From the IMG/VR virus record IMGVR_UViG_3300043434_000561, positions 1 through 54,867 of that record: a stretch of 54,867 nt of DNA. The stretch is one strand, 5' to 3'. Positions 26,742 to 35,300 of the stretch are shown here, piece after piece. The notes beneath the pieces were generated by a model that searched no databases, was not told the origin of the DNA, and worked only from the letters and a program-made list of their open reading frames with translations. Source of the DNA: a virus (Duplodnaviria > Caudoviricetes). Each line of letters begins with the position of its first letter. Position 1 is the first letter of the stretch. A program made the translations under genes and the position numbers.

Positions 26742-28484
26742 ATGACGACACTTAAGCTCATCCAGTTTTCGGGGGAAGTCCCACGCCTTTTGCCGCGGCT
26801 GCTGCCTGATGGCGGAGCTCAACGCGCAGAGAACGTCCGCTTAGATGACGGCGGCCTGACGCCAATACGCAAGAAACGGCCGGTCCATTCGGTCACAGGC
26901 GTCGAAGGCGATGTTAAGACCATCTACAAGTTTGGCTCAACTTGGCTGGCATGGAGCTCGGTGGTCAACGCAGTTCCGGGCCCGGTCGCAGACGACCGTC
27001 TTTATTACACTGGCGATGGCGTGCCTAAAATGCGCGTCGGCAACACGGTCTACAACCTGGCTGTTCCGGCGCCAACAACGGCATTGACAGCAACCATGGG
27101 CGGGTCTGGGACTGGAGACGTCATTACCCGCATTTACGTCTACACTTTTGTTACCTCCTTTGGCGAAGAATCGGAGCCGTGTCCTGTCTCTAATGAGATT
27201 GATTGGCAGTCCGGCAACACGGTCACGCTGTCTGGGTTTGCCAATGCCCCATCTGGCAGGGCTATCACCAAGCAGCGCATCTACCGCTCGCAATCAAGCC
27301 TGTCGTCAGGAACCGATTTCTTCCTGATCGCGGAGCGCAACGCGTCGAATGCCAACTTTACAGACGACGTTGGAATTGACGATTTTGCCGAGCCGCTTCC
27401 GTCTAAAGAATGGAACCCTCCGCCGGACGGCCTAACAGGCTTGATCTCGCTGCCAAACGGCATGATGGCCGGGTTTGTCGGCAAAGAGCTTTGTTTCTGC
27501 GAGCCATACCGCCCTCATGCCTGGCCCGAAAAGTACAGGCTGACAACGGATTACACGATTGTAGCCATCGGAGCCTACGGCATAACCATTGTCGTGGCTA
27601 CGGACGGCCAGCCCTACATCGTGTCAGGAACGGCGCCAGAGAACATGCAGCAGGAGAAGATGGAAAAGAACCTTCCATGCGTTAACGCCCGGGGCATGGT
27701 CGATCTTGGTTACGCCGTGGCCTATCCGTCCAAAGACGGTCTTGTCGTCGCAAGCGGCGTGACCGCCGATGTTGCTACTCAAGCGCTCATGACACGCAAC
27801 GATTGGCTTAAGACGTCGCCGGAAAGCTTTGTGGCAGGGCAGTTTTCGGGGCGCTATTTCGCTAGTTTTGAATACCTCGAGGCCAATGGAGAGCCGGAAG
27901 TCGGCACCTTCATTTTTGACATCACCACGGCCACGCCATTCATATTGCGAGGCTCCGTCAAGGCCAGCGCTTGTTATTACGACATCAAAGACAGCGCCCT
28001 CTACATGCTTGTAGACAATGTGATCTACGAGTGGGACGCCTTTGGGGAAGTGAACGAGATTATGACCTGGCGGTCAAAGCAGTTTGTCTACCCCGCTCCG
28101 GCCACCTTTGGGTGCATCCTTATTGAAGGCCGAAAGGTGCTGACGCCAGAGGAAGAAGCTGCCCAGGAAGCCGAGCGCGAAGCCACTATTGCGTCAAATG
28201 CGCTTTTGTTTGCAAATACATCTATTGGCGGCGAAATCAACGGATCGACCTACAACAGCTATCCTGTCAATGGCGATCAGCTTGAACGCATCTTTGCCAA
28301 GCAATTTACGTCGGTCGAAGTGTTTGCCGACGGCGGCTTGATTGCGACCGTGGACAAGATCAACACTGCGGTTCGGCTGCCGGCAACGCCCAAAGCCCGC
28401 AACTGGGAGCTTCAAGTGAACGGAACCGAACAGATTGACCAGATCACGATGGCTACGAGCCCGAGGGAGCTCAACGCGGTATGA
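26742..28484 (+). CDS. tail hub/nozzle (P22 gp10-like) protein
   Basis: FSGEVPRL..., YVYTFVTSFGEESEP, FCEPYRPHAWP; size and position. Confidence 0.75.
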   Translation: MTTLKLIQFSGEVPRLLPRLLPDGGAQRAENVRLDDGGLTPIRKKRPVHSVTGVEGDVKTIYKFGSTWLAWSSVVNAVPGPVADDRLYYTGDGVPKMRVGNTVYNLAVPAPTTALTATMGGSGTGDVITRIYVYTFVTSFGEESEPCPVSNEIDWQSGNTVTLSGFANAPSGRAITKQRIYRSQSSLSSGTDFFLIAERNASNANFTDDVGIDDFAEPLPSKEWNPPPDGLTGLISLPNGMMAGFVGKELCFCEPYRPHAWPEKYRLTTDYTIVAIGAYGITIVVATDGQPYIVSGTAPENMQQEKMEKNLPCVNARGMVDLGYAVAYPSKDGLVVASGVTADVATQALMTRNDWLKTSPESFVAGQFSGRYFASFEYLEANGEPEVGTFIFDITTATPFILRGSVKASACYYDIKDSALYMLVDNVIYEWDAFGEVNEIMTWRSKQFVYPAPATFGCILIEGRKVLTPEEEAAQEAEREATIASNALLFANTSIGGEINGSTYNSYPVNGDQLERIFAKQFTSVEVFADGGLIATVDKINTAVRLPATPKARNWELQVNGTEQIDQITMATSPRELNAV

Positions 28485-28753
28485 TCGATCGCGGCACACT
28501 TCGACAGTTTGAGCGCCTGCGCGAGCAGGTTGAGCTTATGACCGGGGAGCGGGGAGCGTCCAACAGGGCCAAGACTGCTGTGCGGCGCGGGGAGCTTAGG
28601 CCATTGGCCAGCCTCACTCTTAAATCCAGCCAGATCTCGGGCACGCCAACGGCCGATGACTACAACAAGCTCCAAGAGGACGTCGCGGCCGTTTATTCGG
28701 CCTTTGTGCTGATCTCGAACCTGCTTGGAAACGCCAAAATCCCAAAGATCTAA
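28481..28753 (+). CDS. small tail protein
   Basis: ATGA-coupled; PTADDYNKLQEDV coiled coil. Confidence 0.7.
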   Translation: MIDRGTLRQFERLREQVELMTGERGASNRAKTAVRRGELRPLASLTLKSSQISGTPTADDYNKLQEDVAAVYSAFVLISNLLGNAKIPKI

Positions 28754-28816
28754 ATGTGGCAGTTTGGTTCCGGAGTGGCTACAATGGACGTATTATCGAA
28801 CCAGTGTGGCCAGCGG

Positions 28817-29245
28817 ATGAGTTCAAAGCTGATTTATGGTGAGGAAAACCGTCTCCTGCCTTGGGCTCAGGAACGCATTGGCGTGTCTTTCCGACGTGAC
28901 GCCTACACCATTGGCCTTGAACGGGACGGCGAGATCGTGGCCGTTGTGGTCTACGACAGTTTTTCAGAGGCCGACTGCTGCATGCACATTGCCAGTGATG
29001 GCACCGGGAAGTGGATGAACAAGTCGCTTCTTGTTGCTGCTTTTGCCTACCCTTTTGTTCAACTTCAACTTCGGAGAGTCACCGGGATGGTGCCGGCCAA
29101 AAACGTGGCGGCGCTTAATTTTGATGAACACCTTGGCTTTGTGCGTGAAGGTTATCACCCCAACGCGCTGCCTGACGATGACCTTGTAAGCCTTGGCATG
29201 CTTCGCGAGGATTGCCGATTTCTCCCTGGGGGGAACCAGCCATGA
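28817..29245 (+). CDS. GNAT-fold protein (P22 gp14 position)
   Basis: FAYPFVQLQLRRVTGMVPAKNVAALNFDEHLGFVREG. Confidence 0.85.
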   Translation: MSSKLIYGEENRLLPWAQERIGVSFRRDAYTIGLERDGEIVAVVVYDSFSEADCCMHIASDGTGKWMNKSLLVAAFAYPFVQLQLRRVTGMVPAKNVAALNFDEHLGFVREGYHPNALPDDDLVSLGMLREDCRFLPGGNQP

Positions 29246-30222
29246 TGGATAGTTACGATTTCTGGTCCGAAGCAGAAAGCTTCGAGCGCTTTAACGAGCT
29301 TGCGCCGCGCCACGTGAAGCGCATGATGCACCGCAAGGGCATCGACCGCAGGCTTGCCGTCATTGAAATGGGTCGAAGCATTTGCTTTGGCGGCGGCAAA
29401 GGCGGCAGCAGTGCGCCAGCCCCAGACCCTCGGATCGGCATAGCGGCCATCATGAACGCTCAGCTTGGCGAAGACTGGTTGGACTTCGCGAAGCGGCAGT
29501 TTGCGGAAGGCAACATTCGCCAAGAGGAAATGGACGCTTTGACGTCCAGGGTCATCGAGCAGCAGCTTGCCACCCAAGACCAGACAAACGCTTGGGCCCA
29601 AGAGGACAGGCAGCGCACCAAGGATGTATTCCAGCCGCTTCAAGATGAATTCATTAAGACCGCCAAGGAATACGACAGCCCGGAAAAGCAAGCTCAGGCG
29701 GCGTCGGAAGCCAAGGCGGATGTTCTAAAGTCGTCCAGCCTACAAAGCCAGATTAACGCCAGGAACATGGCCAGCATGGGTATTAACCCTGCTTCTGGTC
29801 GATTTGCAGGCATGTCTCGCGCAACTGGCATCGATACAGCGCTAGCCTCGGCGGGAGCCCAAAATGCGGCTCGCACGATGGTCAAGGACAAAGCGCTGGC
29901 GCTCAGAGCTGACGCCATCAACATGGGGTCTGGACTGCCATCCTCGACCGCTGCGGCTTACGGCATTGGCCTAAACGCTGGTAACTCTGCGGTTGGCAAC
30001 CAAGGCGCGGCAAACGCCAACTTCTATCAGAACCAAAGCATCATGAATCAAGGCTATGGTGGCGCCATGCAGGGCTACGCCAACCAGGGCAACATCCTCA
30101 ACAATCTCTACGGCAATCAGGTCCAGGCGTGGTCGGCGCAGCAACAGGCCAACGCAACGAGCTCGGCAGGCATTGGATCAATGGTTGGAACAATCGCGGG
30201 CGCAGGCATCACCGCATACTAG
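29242..30222 (+). CDS. internal virion / ejection protein (P22 gp7-like)
   Basis: Leader followed by GGGKGGSSAPAPDP; A/Q/N/G-rich; hydrophobic Gly-rich C-terminus. Confidence 0.75.
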   Translation: MMDSYDFWSEAESFERFNELAPRHVKRMMHRKGIDRRLAVIEMGRSICFGGGKGGSSAPAPDPRIGIAAIMNAQLGEDWLDFAKRQFAEGNIRQEEMDALTSRVIEQQLATQDQTNAWAQEDRQRTKDVFQPLQDEFIKTAKEYDSPEKQAQAASEAKADVLKSSSLQSQINARNMASMGINPASGRFAGMSRATGIDTALASAGAQNAARTMVKDKALALRADAINMGSGLPSSTAAAYGIGLNAGNSAVGNQGAANANFYQNQSIMNQGYGGAMQGYANQGNILNNLYGNQVQAWSAQQQANATSSAGIGSMVGTIAGAGITAY

Positions 30223-30229
30223 GACAGGC

Positions 30230-30955
30230 ATGCACGACATCATTGAACGCCATCAAAACATTGCGCTGCAACTTTCGGGAGGCAAGGATTCGCTGGCCTG
30301 CCTGTTCTTGATGAAGCCATATCTCGACAAGATCACGGTCTACTGGTGCAACACCGGAGCGGCCTATCCAGAGACGGTAGATCTCATGGAGCAGATCCGC
30401 TCCTGGGTTCCAAACTTCGTGGAGATTGAGGGCCAGCAGCCAGCCGTGATCCGGGAATTTGGCATCCCGACGGACATCCTCCCGGCAAGCCGCACGCCCA
30501 TGGGTGTAGCAGCAACAGGCAACGAAGCGCACACGATGCAAGACCGTTATTCGTGCTGCCTGCGCTCGTTTATGCTGCCGATGCACGAACGCATGGTGTC
30601 CGACGGCATCACGCTGATTATTCGCGGCCAAAAAAATTCAGACAAGCTCAAGGGCCCGCTGCGCTCTGGCCAGGTGGACGGCGGCATCGAGTACCTGTTC
30701 CCAATCGAGGATTGGACCAGCGAACAGGTCATGGCCTACCTGCGCGAGCAGAAAGCGCCGATCCCGCGTTTTTATGAGGTTCTCGATTCGGCTCCCGACT
30801 GCGTGACATGCTCGGCGTACTGGGAAGAAGGCGCGGTTAAATATCTCAAGCGGTATCACTACCAGCAGTATCAAGAGGTCCAACACCGGCTCGCCATCAT
30901 TAGCGAGGCGGTCAGCGATCACATCGCTAACTTCAATGTCGAGGTGAACACATGA
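30230..30955 (+). CDS. PAPS reductase-family (PP-loop) protein
   Basis: LSGGKDSLA, NTGAAYPET, SCC, FPIEDWT, DCVTC. Confidence 0.85.
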   Translation: MHDIIERHQNIALQLSGGKDSLACLFLMKPYLDKITVYWCNTGAAYPETVDLMEQIRSWVPNFVEIEGQQPAVIREFGIPTDILPASRTPMGVAATGNEAHTMQDRYSCCLRSFMLPMHERMVSDGITLIIRGQKNSDKLKGPLRSGQVDGGIEYLFPIEDWTSEQVMAYLREQKAPIPRFYEVLDSAPDCVTCSAYWEEGAVKYLKRYHYQQYQEVQHRLAIISEAVSDHIANFNVEVNT

Positions 30956-32283
30956 ACTGGGGCGGATTTGGAGCAGGGTTCTCGCAGGGTTTCAATAACG
31001 GCGTGAACATTGGCAAGACCTTTGCCGAAGCCATGAAGCAGAAGAAAATCTCCGATCTTGCCAAGCAGGGCATTGCAGAGGCTCATGGCGCCAGGCAGGC
31101 TGATATCGACAAGCAAATTCAGGAGAATCCGCCAGCCCAGGACGCGACCCCTCCCAAAGATGTCGAGGTCGCGCCAATCGAGGCGCCGCAAGCCAAGGTA
31201 AGCGAGATCACGCCGCAGGGCGAAATCGTGCCGACGCAGACGCCACAAGCGGCTGCCGCACCGCAGACGACCACCCCGCAGGCTGCGCCGGTCGGCATGC
31301 CCCAAATAGCGGCGTCGGAAGGCGTCGCGCCGCGCAAACGCTTCTCGGTTGGCGATCAGCAATTCGACACCCGCGAGGAAGCCGCCAAAGCCGCAGAAAA
31401 GAAAGTTGGCTCGATCCAGGATTATCAGACCGGCACGATCTTCCCTAAGATGCAGCAGTTTTACATAGAGCAAGGAGACGTAGCTACGGCGCAAAAATAT
31501 GCTGAGTTTGCGGAAAGCCAGCGCGGGAAATCCGCGATCAAGCTGCACAGCCAGGCTCTTGGCCAGCTCATGTTTGGCGGCGACGTGGACAAGGGCATCA
31601 AGCTATTGGGCGATTACTACAACAAGTACATCGACGACGGAGTTGATTTTGTCGGCGGCAAGGCCAACGCGGACGGAACCTACAACATCACGACCAAAAC
31701 CAAGGACGGCAAGACCAACGACATGCAGGTCGATAAGAAGCAGATCATGGCAATGGCCATGGCCTACGATCCGTCTAAACTGGTTCAAATGGGCATGGAT
31801 CAGGTCAAATCCGATGAAGCGGCAAAGGCTGAGAGGGCCAAAGAGGATAGAGCCTTCAATCGCGAAATCGAGAAAATGACGATTAAGGCGCAGCTCGACG
31901 ATGCCGGCGCTACCGCCAAGGTGAAACGCGAAGTCAATGCCAAGGTCAAGTTTTTGAAAGAGGCCGGCTACTCGGACGCCTTCATCAATGAGGCACTGCC
32001 GGGCATCATTGGCATTGGCGATTACAAGAAAAAGACAAGCCCCGAGGAAGCCCGTCGCTTGGCGTTCTCGGACCGCATGAAAACTGATCCGACCTTCGGC
32101 AAAAAGCCGCCTGCCGATCAGCAAAGAATTCTCGATCAGGACATGAAACTGATCTACGGCGGCGTCGATCCAAAGGCAGCGCCAGCATCAAACGGATTGC
32201 CTGCGCAGCCAGGGCAGCCAGGTCAACCAAAGCGTGGCGTTCCGGTCTACGACACCAAGACAGGGCAGATCATTTACAAATGA
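30952..32283 (+). CDS. internal virion / ejection protein (gp20-like position)
   Basis: MNWGGFGAGFSQGFNNG amphipathic N-terminus; GAGG RBS; ATGA coupling. Confidence 0.72.
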   Translation: MNWGGFGAGFSQGFNNGVNIGKTFAEAMKQKKISDLAKQGIAEAHGARQADIDKQIQENPPAQDATPPKDVEVAPIEAPQAKVSEITPQGEIVPTQTPQAAAAPQTTTPQAAPVGMPQIAASEGVAPRKRFSVGDQQFDTREEAAKAAEKKVGSIQDYQTGTIFPKMQQFYIEQGDVATAQKYAEFAESQRGKSAIKLHSQALGQLMFGGDVDKGIKLLGDYYNKYIDDGVDFVGGKANADGTYNITTKTKDGKTNDMQVDKKQIMAMAMAYDPSKLVQMGMDQVKSDEAAKAERAKEDRAFNREIEKMTIKAQLDDAGATAKVKREVNAKVKFLKEAGYSDAFINEALPGIIGIGDYKKKTSPEEARRLAFSDRMKTDPTFGKKPPADQQRILDQDMKLIYGGVDPKAAPASNGLPAQPGQPGQPKRGVPVYDTKTGQIIYK

Positions 32284-32287
32284 TCCG

Positions 32288-32311
32288 ACGGGGCCGCGAG
32301 CCCCGTTTTTT
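32288..32311 (+). terminator. rho-independent terminator
   Basis: ACGGGGC-CGCGA-GCCCCGT followed by a T-run. Confidence 0.75.
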
Positions 32312-32381
32312 ATGGCCTGAGTGGTTCTGAAAACCATCCAATTGAGATAAAATCGCACCATCACAAGAGGCGAGGCAACCC

Positions 32382-35300
32382 GTGGCGAAAAATTCCTTCT
32401 TGCAGTCCCCGTTCGACAACATCACGCCTGCGGAGACGCTTCCAGGCCAGCAGACCCAAACGCCGCAAGAGCTACCGGAAATCCAGCAGACACCGGCTGC
32501 GGACACGCGCCAGCCCACCAAGGTCAACAACTTTCTGCCACCGGCAGACGTTCGGCCCATCTTCGAGGCGGCTGCCCAAGAGTTCGATGTTCCGGTCAAC
32601 GTGCTTATGGCGCTTGGCCACCAGGAGTCGCGCTACAACGCACAGGCCATTGGCCCGACAACCCAGTGGGGCCGCGCCAAGGGCATGATGCAATATCTCG
32701 ACAGCACCGCAAAGGGCATGGGCATTAACCCATTTGCTCCCGAGGAAGCTATCCCCGCCGCTGCCAAACAGATCCGCGAGCGCCTCGACAAGGGCTACTC
32801 GATGGAGGATGCCGTCAAGGAGCACTTTGCCGGGCCTGATCGCAAGCTGTGGGGGCCAAAAACCGACGCCTATGGCCGCGAGGTCATGCAAAAAGTCGGG
32901 ATGATTGGTGAAGCTCTTGGTACCGGAGAGGCCGGTGCGCCACAGCGCAACCTGCAAGCCGAATTGGATGCCGAGGAACCAGGCCGCTACCGCGTCATAA
33001 ACCCGGCTGACGACCGCCTTCTGTTCAGGCTGCAAGAGAATTTCGACGCCGAACAGATCGCCAAGAACGGGCTGCCGAAGCCGGAAGCCGCCAAAGCGCC
33101 GGAAGGGTTCATTGACCGCTCGAGCCAGGCTCTCAGCCGAGGCTACGACAACACGGTGCAAAACCTTGCGACGGCTCGCTTTGCCATTGGCGCCGGCGGT
33201 GACTCGGCTGAGCTCTCCGAAGCCCTGGCCAAGAAGTTTGCCGAAGAACAAAAGCGCACCAAGACAGCGGGCGAGAAAGAGATCGACGACGCTTTCCAGC
33301 GCGTCACGGACGCCAAGGGCGCATGGAACACAACCGTCGAGGGCTTGAAAGCCATTGGAACGGCGATCACGAACCCTGAAGATCTTGCCGTCGGAATCAT
33401 CGAGCAGACTCCCAACATGCTCCCCACTCTGGGCGCTGGTGCCGCAGGTGCCGGTGGCGGCGCTGCCGTCGGTGGCGTTATTGCCAATGTCCCGGGAGCA
33501 ATTACAGGCGCCATCATTGGTGGCCGCACCGGTATGGCGACAGGCACGACGGCAACCGAGCTTGGTGCCGAAGTCGAGCAGATGATCCTCGAGCGCCTGG
33601 GCGAAGCCAAGCAGGCTCCGACGGCTGCCAACATCAAGTCGCTTCTGGATGACAAGACGTTTCAATCCGAGGCTCTCGAGCGCGGATTGAAGAAGGGTTT
33701 GACGGTTGCTGCCGTCGATCAGATTTTCTTCGGCCTGACCGGGAAGGTGGCCGGGAAAGCGGCAACTGCGACGACAATCCCGAAGAAGATCGGCCTTGGC
33801 ACTGGGGCTGTCGCGCTCGATGCCACGGGTGAGGTTGCCGGTGAGGCAGCTTCGCAGAAGGTTGCACGAGGCGAGGTTGATGCCGGTGATGCGCTGCGCG
33901 AAGGCGTCTATGGCCTTGGCCAGTCCGTTGTCGAAACGGGTATCAGCGCTGCCGCACGCAGCGCCAAAGCCGCTGCCAACACTTTGCGCGGCGAGCCTGG
34001 TGCGCCTGCCCCCACATCCGACCCCACATCCACTCCACCAACCGCTACCGCACCGACGGCAACTCCGGCTCCTGCCGCCCCGGCTCCGCGCTCTGCCGCA
34101 TCCGGGCCGCTATCGCGCTCGATTGAGAACGCCGCCGAGAACAGCACTGCCGAGCAAGCACCGCCTCGTGTCACCGTCACGGCGCCGGAAGGTCAGATCA
34201 CCGGCTTCATGGAGTCGTACCAGGAGGACGGGCAGGGCGGTTTTGCCGCCCGCGTTCTGGGCGATGACGGCCAGGTGTACCAGTTCACCAGCGCCGATCA
34301 GGTTACGATTTCCCAGGAGCCAGCCGCGCCGCAGGCCGGTCCGCTGACGCAGGCGGTTGAAAAGGCCGCAGACGAGACAGTCGTTGCGCCCGTTCAGCCA
34401 GAGCCAACACAGACAGCACCGGCAGCACCGGCGGTTCAGATCGACAACAGCGCCGAGCGACTGGCCGAGATGACCGAGCCGCAACTCCGCGAGCGCCTCA
34501 AGTACATTGCCGACCAGGCCAAAGCCTCTGGCGGCTGGAACAAGCTGTTCGTGACTGAGCGCAAAAAAGTGGAGCGCGAGATCAACAGCCGCGCAAAGCC
34601 TGTCGAGCAAGCCGCCGATGTCATCCGCTTTAATGAGGGTAAACCCGAAGCCACCGCACTGCCAAAGGATTTGGCCGGAGCAAAGCCGCGTTACAGCTAC
34701 GGCAGCAAGCAATTCGACCTGACATTTGCCTCAGACTTTGACCGGGCCGCGTTCATCACCGCTCAGAAAGACCCGAGCTCGCGCAATGCCGACTATCTGA
34801 ACTTTGCCATGCAGGCGTCCGGTCTTAGCGAAGCCGAGGTGCGTGCCCATGGCCAGGCCGTAAAAGACGCCATCAAGTCGCAGGCCAAGGATGCCGAGCC
34901 CGGCACGCTGAACGTGCCAGAAATCGCTCGAGGCGCAGCCGCGCCAGAAGCGACGACGCAGGCCGAGCCTGCCCGCGACGAGCAAGCTGGCAAGTGGTTC
35001 GGCAGCCGCGAAAAGGCCGACGCCTACATTGCCAAGAAGAATATCAACGCAACGCACGAGATCGTGCAGACCGGCAAAGCACGTTTTGAAATTAAGCCCA
35101 AGGAGATCACCGATGGCAACAACCAACGTACCGTCGGGCAGCCCGATGGCGCAGAAGAAACACTCCAACAAGCCGATGCAGGACAAGCCCAGGGAGCCGC
35201 TGTTCAATCCGCTGTTGGACAGGATGAAGGACAAGCCGAAGTCGGCGTAACGTCCAATGTGGCCGAGCGCGAGAAACCTGAAACCCAAGAGGAACCGACC

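Noticed and set aside
30230-30955. Complete Dnd/Ssp phosphorothioation or sulfate-assimilation system
   Set aside because: Only the PAPS-reductase-like gene is present; no partner genes.
32319-32359. Operator pair upstream of the giant gene
   Set aside because: Only half-site matches, and the spacing is 24 bp rather than 20; too weak to count.
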